Source: Fistulifera solaris
Lineage: Eukaryota
DNA: 64,000 bases
NCBI GenBank assembly: GCA_030295235.1
Contig: AP026125.1
Location: 744,001 to 808,000, forward strand
Reading direction: 5' to 3'
Of the stretch, positions 24,620-37,402 are shown piece after piece. The notes beneath the pieces are model-generated. The model ran no database searches, was not told the DNA's origin, and saw only the letters and a program-made list of their open reading frames with translations. Within the stretch, counting starts at the first letter, position 1; every line of letters starts with the position of its first letter. The position numbers were made by a program, and so were the translations under genes.

Positions 24620-25555
24620 CTAGCTGTTCTTTAATAACTCTACCACCTGACTTGTTCCAGGATAGCGTGGCATACGAAACTGATACTTTTCTTCCAAGTA
24701 GGGCGGCACAAACCGACCGCCCACAAAGTGACGACCCTCAAAACTCATCGCGCATCCCTTCGGAGCTGTTAAACTAATCAAAACTTGCGGTGAAAAGCCA
24801 AACCCTGCTACGTCACCTTCGTCCACATCCCAGCCTGACGGGACGTCCACAGATACAACCAGTGCACAGTCTTGCGCCTTTTTCAGTTGCAAAAGAATAT
24901 CATCAAATGGAGCCCGAGGCTCGCCGTGAAAACTAAACCCAAAGATCGAGTCCACGATCGCTGCGTATTCGCCACTGCGATCTTCGAAGTCGTCAGGCAT
25001 ACCATTTAAAACAGCAATGCCCATATCTTCACATTGTTTTTGCAAATTCACAAAATGCTGCTTGCTGGATCGTTTCGGATATACGACGACACATTCGTAA
25101 CCAAATAGAATTAGGTGACGTGCCGCCACCAGACCGTCTCCTCCATTATTTCCTGGTCCGCAAATGACGAGAATCTTGGGCTTAACTTGTTGTGATGGAC
25201 GCCGTTCTTCGACGACAGTGTACACCGCTTCGGCGACCGCCAGGCCGGCCAACTCCATCAGTTGCTCCAGAGTGAAGCCAGGTTCCGACATGAGCTCTGC
25301 ATCGAGAGCAGCTGCCGCGGATGCGCTTAAATAGGTTGTTTCTGTCATACTGCAACTAAGACTCGTTTTCGTCGTCGATTGGTTTGTAAGGATCGCTGAG
25401 GTTGACATGGACGACCTCCCAAGTGCAGAAGTCCCCCAAAGAATAGGACGACGGTTCACACTCAAGGCGTATGAAATAGTTGCTGTCGATAAAATATTAA
25501 TGGGTCGGGTGCGAACAGTAAATAGCCTCATGGTTCTCGAAATAATAATCATCAA
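24620..25555 (-). CDS. NAXE: NAD(P)H-hydrate epimerase (YjeF_N), copy 1
   Basis: [64 protein letters not shown]; the exact start Met is uncertain. Confidence 0.95.
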   Translation of the reverse strand: MMIIISRTMRLFTVRTRPINILSTATISYALSVNRRPILWGTSALGRSSMSTSAILTNQSTTKTSLSCSMTETTYLSASAAAALDAELMSEPGFTLEQLMELAGLAVAEAVYTVVEERRPSQQVKPKILVICGPGNNGGDGLVAARHLILFGYECVVVYPKRSSKQHFVNLQKQCEDMGIAVLNGMPDDFEDRSGEYAAIVDSIFGFSFHGEPRAPFDDILLQLKKAQDCALVVSVDVPSGWDVDEGDVAGFGFSPQVLISLTAPKGCAMSFEGRHFVGGRFVPPYLEEKYQFRMPRYPGTSQVVELLKNS

Positions 25556-25610
25556 TCAAGAAAATCGTTCGGAAAAGAAGCGGCGGCCCGTCATTTGGTA
25601 TGCATGGTTT

Positions 25611-27441
25611 TTACTATCTCCCAAAGTGTTGGTTCAGAGCAGCCATGACGACCCATGACTGATTTTCAGTCATGAGACGTTAACGATTCTTCTGTCCATG
25701 CAGCAAGCGGTATTGCCATTTGCGTTTAATTTGGTATCTCAAAGTGTTTATAAGACTGGAATTAATTTTAATGGCACACTTACAAGTCAATCAATTGCTA
25801 ATCCACCCGACAATGCTATCATTTCGTAAATTGCATTTTTTACTATCTCCCAAAGTGTTGGTTCAGAGCAGCCATGACGACCCAGGACTGATTTTCAGTC
25901 ATGGGACGTTAACGACTTCTTTGTTTATGCAGCAAGCGGTATTGCCACTTGCGTTTAATTTGGTATCTCAAAGTGTTTATAAGACTGGAATTAATTTTAA
26001 TGGCACACTTACAAGTTAACCAAATGCAAATCCAGCCGACAATGCTATCATTTCGTAAATTGCATTTTTTTACTATCTCCCAAAGTGTTGGTTCAGAGCA
26101 GCCATGACGACCCATGACTGATTTTCAGTCATGGGACGTTAACGACTTCTTTGTCCATGCAGCAAGCGGTATTGCCATTTGCGTTTAATTTGGTATCTCA
26201 AAGTGTTTATAAGACTGGAATTAATTTTAATGGCACACTTACAAGTCAATCAATTGCTAATCCACCCGACAATGCTATCATTTCGTAAATTGCATTTTTT
26301 ACTATCTCCAGAAGTGTTGGTTTACGGCAATCACGACTGAACTTCTGTCATGGGACGTTAACGACTTCTTTTGTTTATGCAGCAAGCGGTATTGCCATTT
26401 GCGTTTAATTTGGTATCTCAAAGTGTTTATAAGACTGGAATTAATTTTAATGGCACACTTACAAGTCAATCAATTGCTAATCCACCCGACAATGCTATCA
26501 TTTCGTAAATTGCATTTTTTACTATCTCCCAAAGTGTTGGTTCAGAGCAGCCATGACGACCCATGACTGATTTTCAGTCATGGGACGTTAACGACTTCTT
26601 TGTCCATGCAGCAAGCGGTATTGCCATTTGCGTTTAATTTGGTATCTCAAAGTGTTTATAAGACTGGAATTAATTTTAATGGCACACTTACAAGTCAATC
26701 AATTGCTAATCCACCCGACAATGCTATCATTTCGTAAATTGCATTTTTTACTATGTCCAGAAGTGTTGGTTTACGGCAATCACGACTGAACTTCAGTCAT
26801 GGGACGTTAACGACTTCTTTTGTTTATGCAGCAAGCGGTATTGCCACTTGCGTTTAATTTGGTATCTCAAAGTGTTTATAAGACTGGAATTAATTTTAAT
26901 GGCACACTTACAAGTTAACCAAATGCAAATCCAGCCGACAATGCTATCATTTCGTAAATTGCATTTTTTTACTATCTCCCAAAGTGTTGGTTCAGAGCAG
27001 CCATGACGACCCATGACTGATTTTCAGTCATGGGACGTTAACGACTTCTTTGTCCATGCAGCAAGCGGTATTGCCATTTGCGTTTAATTTGGTATCTCAA
27101 AGTGTTTATAAGACTGGAATTAATTTTAATGGCACACTTACAAGTCAATCAATTGCTAATCCACCCGACAATGCTATCATTTCGTAAATTGCATTTTTAC
27201 TATGTCCCGAAGTGTTGGTTTACGGCAATCACGACTGAACTTCTGTCATGGGACGTTAACGACTTCTTTTGTCCATGCAGCAAGCGGTATTGCCATTTGC
27301 GTTTGATTTGGTATCCCAAGGCGTTTATAAGACTGGAATTAATTTTAATGGCACACTTACAAGTTAACCAATTGCCAATCCAGCCGACAATGCTCTCATT
27401 TCAAGAAATGCATGTGTTTACTATCTCCCAAAGTGTTGGTT
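25611..27441. repeat. Tandem satellite, ~220-230 bp units, 8 copies plus a partial, two alternating variants
   Basis: ttactatctcccaaagtgttggtt near 25611, 25840, 26070, 26300, 26520, 26749, 26970, 27197 and 27418; variant order AAABABAB. Confidence 0.97.
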
Positions 27442-27742
27442 TACCTGGTACGAGGCCAGGATTGTTGGTCAACGTCGAATGCCGGTCCGACCTGCGAGAT
27501 AGGGGTGCAAAGTACCGGTACAGTACCTGGTACTTTTTAGGAGGCAGTTCAAACTCCCCCTCTCGCCCTTCGACCTTTGACCATGGGATTGCGTTATTCT
27601 TCATTCGACGCGGCTAAAACCTTACCAGTATCGCTCCGCCTTTCGTCTTCACCGTTCACCCTTTCGTGTTCCTCTTTAAAACAACGGATTTGTATTCATT
27701 CTTGCAGTGAATACTGTAGATTCTATCTGGAGGAGTCGAATC

Positions 27743-28551
27743 ATGATTCGTTTATCAGCAACGCGACTCTGGCTGCAGCGAGGGAGCGTACTAGCACTCG
27801 CGAGTCGTCGTCCCTTCTTGCGCGCGCAACCGAATGCGTTAGTCGAAAGCAATATCCGCCCACAATGCGCTTCGTTTGTTCGTGCTTTAAGTAGCAAATC
27901 CGGCGAGGAAGGAAAGAAAAAAAGAGGGAGAGGAAAGTACGACTGATGAAATTGTCCTCACTCCCGGTGAAAAAGTCGTTGCCGCAACACGTTTGGGCTG
28001 GTACCTCGGACTGGCAAGCTTTGCTGCTGCTTGTGCGTACTATATTGGCAAGGAGCTGATTCCGACGTAAGTGCTTAAGTCCGTAAAAGTTCCTTTGTCA
28101 GTGATTGTTTCTTACTGCTGTGGCCCGCAGAAAAATGAGTCCCAACCGAGTGTTCGATCGCAGTTTCGAAATCATTCGCAAAGATCCCGAAATCATCCGT
28201 CAATATGGTGAATCTGTAAAAGCGTACGGAAGAGATCATGGAGGGCATCGTGAAGGCCGTCGCAATTTTGTGGAGCATACCGAATATGTCAGTCCCGACG
28301 ATGGGAGCAAACGAACACGTGTACGCTACAATCTGGAAGGACGGTTTGGAAACGCGTTTTACTTCGCCGAAGTATCCAATCAAATGCCGTCGGGGGAGTT
28401 TGTCTACATATTGGTGCAAGACAAATCGAATGGACGAGTGCAGACGATTGTGGACAACCGGGCCGCCATGACGGCCGCCCGACTCACAGCGGGATCGAAA
28501 GAAGCGCAGTCGGCCATGTCACAGCTCCTGACGGGTAGCAATAACAAGTAG
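27743..28551 (+). CDS. TIM21: Mitochondrial inner membrane translocase subunit Tim21
   Basis: Mitochondrial-type presequence, one TM (LGWYLGLASFAACAYYIGKEL), SPNRVFDRSFEIIRKDP, GESVKAYG, RVRYNLEG; poly-A frameshift ~27920; intron ~28067-28130. Confidence 0.85.
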
Positions 28552-29470
28552 ATTACAATTAATGATAGAACGTGGGAGAATATATAGTTTGATAAAAAAC
28601 CTTGGACACTTTGTTTTGCAAGGCGCTCTGATTATATCAAACATGGCTGGTAACGTACCTGGTATATAACTTCTATCCATTGCAGCAATTTAGTTAGTGA
28701 AATTGAATGATGAAACAATGCTCCAGCTCTTTAGCTAATTCTTTCGTGGAGGTGGCGCAGTTATAGGCTTGCAAAAATATCGATTCAAGACTGAATTGCA
28801 GTCTTGATGTTGTCAAGACAATAAAATGAACGCTACGCTTCTTGACGTCGTGAACATCGATGCAGACAATGCAAATGCTGCTGATTGATTCTAGATTGCT
28901 AATAAGTAAATTGTGGCTTACCAAAGTTGTTCCAAAAGGAATCAACAAACGTAGGTAAGCAGTCGGGCTCAAAAGAATATCCATTCATGAGTGTCTTGCA
29001 GTCTTGGAAAATTGCTGTTACACTATTGAGGGTTATAGTAAAAATATAGGAAGCTAACGATCCCCAGGTATTTCGATTTGATGAGCGATTCGTGCATTGT
29101 AAATGCTGCTGCTAATAATATATGGCTAGCAAAGCAAATCTAGCACTCGAATGTTGCTAAAGGAGATTAAATAAGAGGAGTCTGGCTTGGGAAGAAAATA
29201 TAGACTCATGACTGAAAATGCAGTCTTGTCTTGGCAGCGGGAAGCAGCACGTGTGCGGTGTTTTCACTTACGCAGAAAATCTGCGCGATTGGTATTTTCA
29301 CGCTCCCAGAAAATCTGGGACAGTGGTGTTTTCACGTATGCCCAGGTTTGACCTCCACAGAACATGTGGGCATGTCGAGTCTTTACGTCCACAAAATTTC
29401 TGGGTGTGCGGTAAGGTTTATACTACATATCATCATATTATTATGAACTTACTTTAGACCATTGCAATCA

Positions 29471-30530
29471 ATGATCGCATCTGCAAGAAGTTTGTTCCGC
29501 TCCATTACAATCCGTACATCTATCAAGTTCGTTGCGGGCACCGAAGCGCGTCTCCCTGGGCTACTCATCGGAAGTGGCTTTGCAGTTCTATGTTCAACGT
29601 TGAAAACAACTCCGGCCATGACAGAACCAACTTACTTAAGCGCAGCCGCGGCAGCTGCTCTCGATGCGGAACTCATGTCGGAACCTGGATTTACTCTGGA
29701 GCAACTGATGGAGTTGGCTGGCCTGGCGGTCGCCGAGGCGGTGTACACTGTCGTCGAAGAACGACGTCCATCACCACAAATCAAACCCAAGATTCTCGTT
29801 ATTTGCGGGCCAGGAAATAATGGAGGAGACGGACTAGTGGCGGCACGTCACCTCGTGTTATTTGGTTACGAATGTGTCATCGTATATCCGAAACGATCCA
29901 GCAAGCAGCATTTTGTGAATTTGCAAAAGCAGTGTGAAGATATGGGCATTGCTGTTTTAAATGGTATGCCTGACGACTTCGAAGATCGCAGTGGCGAATA
30001 CGCAGCGATCGTGGACTCGATCTTTGGGTTTAGTTTTCATGGCGAGCCTCGGGTTCCGTTTGACAGTATTCTTTTGCGATTAAAAAAGGCTCAGGATAGT
30101 GCTCTGGTAGTGTCGGTGGACGTTCCGTCAGGCTGGGATGTTGACGAGGGTGATGTAGGCGGATTTGGCTTTTCACCGCAAGTGTTGATTAGTTTAACAG
30201 CTCCGAAGGGTTGCGCAAAAAAAGTTTAAAGGGCGTCACTTTGTGGGCGGTCGTTTTGTCCCGCCATACTTGGAAGAAAAGTATCAATTTCGTATGCCAA
30301 AATATCCCGGCACCAGTCAGGTGGTAGAGTTGAAGAGAGTTCCAAAATACACCGGCTGGGAAGCCGAATATGCTGCTTACTTGGCAGAGAAGGCCACAGC
30401 TGAGCAATCTACTCCGCAGAAAACCAGTCTCGTCGAAGAAGAATCGTGGGAAGCTCAATACGCTGCGTACTTGCAAGAGAAGGAAGCTACTGAGTTTGCA
30501 AGTTACGAGGCACGAAATGAGGAATTATGA
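29471..30530 (+). CDS. NAXE: NAD(P)H-hydrate epimerase, copy 2, with a C-terminal extension
   Basis: Catalytic core nearly identical to 24620-25555; different N-terminus; poly-A frameshift ~30220; extension carries two WEAxYAAYL repeats. Confidence 0.92.
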
Positions 30531-30736
30531 TCGTTGGAAAAGATTACACGTTTGGATGCACCGTTGTAATTGTCAAAATGGTAGTTGAATTTCGATTGTT
30601 CCCTTACGCTATGTCGCAACGAAAAGCCTGTCCAATTGATTGGCGTCCAGTTATGGCATGGAGCTAAGCTCGGCTCTCTTGTTCAGTGAGGTAGAAAATC
30701 CCCTTTTCGATTCGGTTCGGTCTATAGAAAGAGAAA

Positions 30737-33700
30737 TTAGAATATTTTTACGTGAACATGGATGCCATTGATAAGCGCCTTCCGGCTGATTTTTTTCGGA
30801 GGTGGCGAATTAATGATGGAATGAAGTGTTCCTAGCTGGCCGATTGTAAGCTCCTGACGTTTGGCAAGAAGAAACGAGAGCAGCTTGTACAGTCTAAGAA
30901 CTAAAAGAGGCTGGTCGTTTTCAAGAGCTGCTATATCTTTGAAGGAAATGAAATGGAGCGAGCACAATGTGACTAAGAAGTATGTTAGAGGAAAATGACA
31001 AGATTTCTTTCAAGGGATGTCGCTTACCTGCAACCGTAGATGCCGATGATTCCAATCCTGCTAGATATTCCGTAGATCCTAATACCCAGCCAGGTCCCAC
31101 TTGGATTATTTAGGTAAGTTAGCGCTTAACACCTGCTATTCCCGACGCAATCAAGAACTTACCTCTTGCAATTCGGAATAGATGCGCGTGAGGAGCTGTA
31201 ATATCACCTGTCTTTATTGCGGCCGTAGCAAGTTGTATTGAGCTGAAGCCATTCGAGCCACTCATCCCTTTTGCAGAGTGAACAGAACCGAATTTCCGTG
31301 AAAATGTTTCGCTTCCTGCTCGGGTTGTTGTGAGATCTGAGCTTGTTTCAATGCGCTAAACGCGTCAGAAAAGTCCGTTTGATGTGAGAAATCTAATCCC
31401 ACTATCGATCTTAAGATTTCCTTTGGCGGACTTACCATCACACCTTCTTCAATAAAAAATAGTCCGCGATCGCCAAGATGCTTTTCGTGAAGAATGTCAC
31501 TCGGATCGAGCTCTAAGATGGTCACATAATCCCCCAGGTCAGATAACTCGGTTGCTGCATTGGTTCCGTGCTAAAGGATTATATGCATAGTGAGATTATG
31601 TGGGTGAATGTATCGTTTGCTCATACCTGCTTTGACTTACCTGCTCATCGATCAGCTGAAGTGCTTTTGCAAATCCATTCCCGTTGAATTGTGTATTGTC
31701 ATCCACACTATTTGCAACTCCCTCGTGCTCTAAAAGTAAATCTTCAGCCTTCCCGACCGCTCCATCGAGCGTTGAGAGAAATCTAAGTTTGCGGTCCGAG
31801 CTTAACGTGGGATCGCTTCGTAATCCCCCCGCTGTCATCACTTCGCGAAGGTCTCTTGAAACCCCGGAAAGAAATAGTTTGCACTTGTGATTGTTGCATA
31901 TATTAAGAACGTCAGCAAACACATCCACAGCTGAAGTGTCCATTCCAGTTACGAGTGTGAGATCTAGAATTAAATACTGCGGTATTGGAGAGACCAAGTG
32001 TGGGTCGAGTCCTTGACTTTCGACTTCGAAATAAGGTGTAATGTATTCAAGAATTGAAGAAGCATTTCCGAAAAACAAATAATTTTGAAGAACCAAGATC
32101 TGTATGAAATCTCCATTTTGGTCAAGCCATTTAGCATCCTTGGCGACTCTTTCAACTGTTGAGCGAATTGTTATACCGTTGGCCACATATTTGACGACGC
32201 CCGTTCGGAACAATGCAGCGACGAAGAGAAACGTACTCATCGCTAAACCAAAGAAAACTGACTGCAGAACGCCCACTGCAAAGGCCAAAATCATTATAAG
32301 TGGGGTGACAAGCCACTCTGTTTTGTTCTTCGTCTTGAAATAGCTTCTCACAAACCACGTCCATGTCATGTCAATGAATCCAAGAACTAGTAAAGAGCTG
32401 AAAGCCGGCTTTGGGATGTAAGCGACGAGCCGGAAATCATTCATGTAAAACAAAAGAAGGATTATTAAGTTTCCGAACTGGGGTGCACGGTGTTCAGCTC
32501 GAAGCTGTAAATCGCAACGTTAGAGAAAGGACTCAAGGGATGATCGCTGTCGATCGAACTATAATACTCACCTCGAACATGGTCGATGATGCGTTAACAG
32601 CGGGAATGACAGCAAAACTTCCCACGACCGCACAAATGAACTGGCTGATACCGTACTGCAAAAATATATCCTCCTTGCATCATATAGACGACAATCATTA
32701 GCGAAGCGGCAAATGGAGGATACAGCGACTCTCTAGAGACACTTACAAGTGAAACATTGGTTGGCTTTGCCTTTTCGATTGTCATTACATCCGGAAGCGA
32801 GCTCGACGGTGCAGCATTGTATTCAACATCAATCGTCTCGGAAAAGGATCTAGGACGGCCGGGATTAACAGAAGAAAGCGGGGATTCAGCATTCTGAGGT
32901 CTTGAAATACGTTGAATGTTTGATACGTTTCTTTTTAAAGCAGCGGCGTGAAGAGAGCAGCGTATTAGATACAGGAAAGCCAGTGACAAAGTGGGGTCCA
33001 GTGCTTTTGTCAGAGCGCTCCATTGCAATTTCCCTCGAAAGAACGCATTAATCCAGCCCAACGGAACTGGTGGAGACCAAGCGGTATGTTCAGCCTAAGA
33101 TTTGAAAGTGTGAGAAATCTGATCTCATGCTCGTTAACTTGTGGTGAAGCACAGTCTTCACGTTACTTACCGAAGATGCTGTGACTTTGTAAATGAGGTC
33201 GTCCTCGCTCCAGAACCAGTTCTTCTCGATCATATCTTGTCTCGAAAGACCAAATGCGAACATGGTGGCGTAAAAGATGAGAATGGTACTGAAAAGGACC
33301 CCAACCACGTAAAAGGGATGTTTCGGTCCAAGGTATTTCATGACACATGCCACCACCACGCTCGGCAAATGGTGGAGAAAGCAATGCTGGATAAGATTCC
33401 ATTCCCTTGAATAGATTACATCTCCAACGGATCTACCGTTAGCATCAATTTTGAAAGCCAGTGTCCATGTCATCACACCGACGGCGGCAAAGAAGCCTGC
33501 CAACACAGGATAAGGCAAAAACGAACCGAGGTTTGCCAGTCGAAAGGCACTGGACGCAATGAGCGATGCTCCGGATATGAAAAGCGACAACGCCGTCAAG
33601 GTAAGGAACGTTGTTAGAAAAATCTGGTCCGTGTCTTGGTCCGATGTGATTAGCCGATCGTTGGAAATAGCTTCATCCACGACCACGGCAATGTTGGCCA

Positions 33701-34632
33701 GAAATGGAGCCGAAAAAAGGTCAACTACAGAGAGGCAAGTGTTGTGAGAGGCAATTTATTGAAGAGCAATGGCGACACACATCAACCTACCTGTTGGATA
33801 AAGGGCAGGTATTTCTCCGCCCAGTGTTATGAATATAATGGGACCGCCGGCCATGATGCCCAGAGAAGCAACTTTTGTAAACAATCCGAGCATACTTTTG
33901 GTGGCATGAGGTCTTGTAATAGCCGCTCCCATGGTGAGTGAAAACACGATTTGAAAGAGAACGAACATGAGGCTACCAACCCAGGTGGAGGGATTGAAAA
34001 GTTCCTGGCCCATTGACTCCCCTATTGAGGTCAAGCCGTCCTTCATTTGGGCGAAAGACAAGTGCTTCGTGACAACTTTCCGTTGCGTGTCGCGGGGTTC
34101 AAGCGGCATTTCGTAAATAGAAGGTAGAAAAGCAGTTCGTTCGCTCATATTTTCCGGTATTCCTGTTTGCGGGGTGCCGTCATTGCGCGAATTGCCTGTT
34201 TTCAAGGAGGTAGACAGTAGAGGGTGGATTCTAACCTTCGGTCGATCACCATGTGTTCATCAAAAGACATTCTTCCGTAGATGTCAGTAATGCTTTCGCG
34301 TCAAGCGGCTTCTTCATTTGAGAAGTCATGCGCGGCACTGCAGCTCCGGAAAATTGTTGCGGGCTTTCTTCTGTCACAACATCTGATTTCGTTCCTAAGG
34401 GATCATCCATTGTCATGTAATTCGACGTGTCGTGGATCAGTGACCTCACCCTCGTTACAGGAGTTTCGTCGCCGGCAAGAGAAAACTTGTCAAGCTCGGT
34501 ATCATGGGCTGCCGCCGTGGGTCGAGGAACGGAGATAGGAGTTCCGGGGGATGGCGGTGGGTGGAAAAGCCCAAGGAGCGCCGCAGCAGCATCGGGCACC
34601 TCCGTTTCTTCGGAGACACGATCCGAAGTCAT
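30737..34632 (-). CDS. SLC26/SulP anion transporter with STAS and cyclic-nucleotide-binding-like domains, multi-exon
   Basis: LGSFLPYPVLAGFFAAVG, LQNYLFFGNA, LILDLTLVTGMDTSAVDVF (STAS), GLFFIEEG..IQVGPGWVLG (cNMP-like); several gt..ag introns. Confidence 0.88.
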
Positions 34633-35012
34633 GATGTTACCACATGGCCCAAGAAGAGTTTATTTACAGAAACTGTCTATCGGACACACAAGGCCTTTTT
34701 AATTATGCATCCTCCTTTGATGCAAATGAAGTACAATTTTCCCTCGAATGAATCTTTATTTTTTCCATTCGGACGATCATCGTTATATCTATCACCTTTC
34801 ACCATTAGCGTTATAGTTACATTGCGTCAGCAAAGAACTACTTTTGTCCCTATACATTCCTCCCGTCTGGCCTCGTACCGTTACGCTCGGAAAAAGTGGA
34901 GGCGGTTATTGTTTGATTTGGATGATTGCAAAATATAAATGTGTTGATACTTGTATCTATTGCTGATTACTTTCATCCAAAGCTTACGCGAAGTCCCCCA
35001 TTCGTGAGAAAG

Positions 35013-37359
35013 ATGCTGCGTTCCGTAATCTGGTCACGACAGTCCAAAATGGCGCTCCGCGGAGCCACTGCTTTGCGACCCACCCGATGGCAATCCGGCG
35101 GCGACAAGAACAAATCGAATTTCGATCGCGACGTCTTGCAACGGGCGGCACGGGGGAACTGGGACCGAAACACACGTCCGGTATTCCCAAATTGGCCGGT
35201 CGTAAAACAAAGGCTCGTCTGACGCCTCCGGTGCGGAACGATGCATCGAAAATTTACATCAGTGATCACGAGGATGTCGAGGAGGAGGATGATGATTTGG
35301 ATGTCATTCGAAAGAGTTCGTTGAGAGAAGCGCTTAGCAGAGGCCGCGAACGAGATGTGAGTCGCGATGGTCTATCTTTTTCTGATGACGACTCCGATGA
35401 GGAGGTTGAATATGAAGGAGGTCGATATGTGGATGAGTACTATGCGAGTGACGTCTTCGATGATAATAAATACTACTGGAGAGAAGAAGACTACGATGGC
35501 TTGGAATGCGACGTTGACGACGAGGCATTCGAGAAAGATGAGAATGGCTACTACGTTATACCTTACGAGCGAGTCAACACCATTAGCGACCACAACATAT
35601 CTGGCGCTCTGGACCAACTAGAGGAAGAGCCAACCATGTCGGATGATTTCTGGGACGACATGGACGACGAAATGAAGAAGAAAACGAGAGGAGATACGAT
35701 CTGGCAACAAGACAACCCAGAAGATTTCTTTTTCTTTGACCAGCATGATCTCTTTACGATTGCAGGAGCTGATCCATCTTCCCTGAAAGACAATATGAGA
35801 CTAGATAATGTAGTGCTTCCTTTGCAAGAACATGGCCCAGACCTTGACGACTTTCTCGAATCGGTTATAAAACACCCTACGAATTTCGCCAAGGTCAACT
35901 ACGAAAACACGCACCCTACGAGTCAGCGGGAGCCAAAGCCAGACTTTCCTCCGAATCGTGCTCAGCCGCCCCTTGAATTTGTCGAATCGCACGCCCGCTT
36001 TCTTTACGTTTCAGGCCTTCCTCCACTAGAAGTCGGCGGGGAAGCCGGTGATTTAAAGAATCCCCTTCACCGGAATGCGCTTCAGAAAACGATAGCCGAT
36101 TTATTTGATCTGGATTCGACGCAAGTGTTTCCTGCTAGTAACACATCGGGTTTCGTTGGTTTGAGCTCACCGCGGCAGTTATCAGATATCCTGTTAAAAG
36201 GACCGAACCAGGATTTTTTCTTTGCTCCTGCAACGATTTCACGACCCGATGAAGCAGCAGCAGAGCTTGATTTCGTCAAATCGTCCGAGCCGGGTGCTGT
36301 TGTCATGATATCGAAGATTCCCCCGAATCATTCCCCTTTGTCTCTTGGGCGACATCTTTTCCAGCAAACACTGAGATTGAAGCCGTTTATGGCAATGGTC
36401 TCTCCGCCGATAACTTCTATTTCATGTCGCAAAGCAAGGTGCTAGTACGCTTTTCTTCCAAGAAACAAGCTGATTCTGTGATAGAGTCCGATCTCGTCAA
36501 GACTCGACTTCGGGACCTCAGTAAATATCCGGTGCAAATTTTCCGCGCTAGGCGTGAGCTTGTACACGACAAATTTGGAGGACCTGCAAAGAACAAAGAG
36601 CTTCGTAAACCAGGGCCTCGCTTGATTGTTGACGGTGATATGCCTTCGAAACATTTCTTTTGACTCACGCCGATGTTGTTTATCTGTGGGGAGTTGATCA
36701 GAGTCTTTCTAAAGCGGAGATCACAAATGCATTCAATCAATTCTCTGCGAATGCTCGAGATGTCGAAGGCTCTATCGAATTTGTGACGTGTCATGCTGGA
36801 CGTCCTACGGGACGAGTGTACGTTGGCTTTGATAATCCTGGCGAAGCGGAAGAAATGTTGAAAAGTACGTACGGTCGATTGAAGATTGGCGATCGCAAGG
36901 TCCGAATGCGGCTCGTTCGCAATCGTTTGGTCCCCAATCGTGCACTTCAACTTGCCGAAAAGCGACCTGATCGCGAGGAAGAAGAACTCATTGATGACCT
37001 GAATAACTGGGAGAAGTATGTCGATCCTGCTGACCTTGAACTTTTAGAAAAGGCAGGTATCAATAAAGTCGCTCTTGACGAATCCTTGAGAACCTTTCGG
37101 TTTCCAAAACCCAACTTTTGGGGCTCTTGATTCATCTCTGCGCTCCGAGGCATTGCGTCCAGAATTGGAACGGGGACAACAGTACAAAGAGCTGGTTCAA
37201 ATGTACGTGGAGACATTGAAAGAGTGCTTGCCCTCGCGTGAAGAGCCGGGATTGATTTATGAGGCACTTCATTTCCCCGATGAACCTATCGATTTGACTA
37301 TATTTGACCGCGAAAAGGAGCGACAGAAAGTACTGAATGAGAAGCGCGCAAGTTCATAG
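35013..37359 (+). CDS. Uncharacterised large protein with an organellar presequence, an acidic region and RRM-like segments
   Basis: Chained ORFs 34926-35222, 35087-36445, 36424-36663, 36660-37130 and 37153-37359; RNP-like motifs FLYVSGLP and GRPTGRVYVGF. Confidence 0.55.
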
Positions 37360-37402
37360 CTAATTTAAATAGTATGAGCGATCAGCTAGTTAACTAGGCC
37401 TC

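Noticed and set aside
25720..27617. Repeated short ORFs (MRLIWYLKV..., MGRHGCSEP...)
   Set aside because: Translations of satellite units, broken by indels between copies.
30737..34632. SulP-STAS-cNMP architecture as novel
   Set aside because: This architecture is already known in fungal and bacterial SulP proteins.
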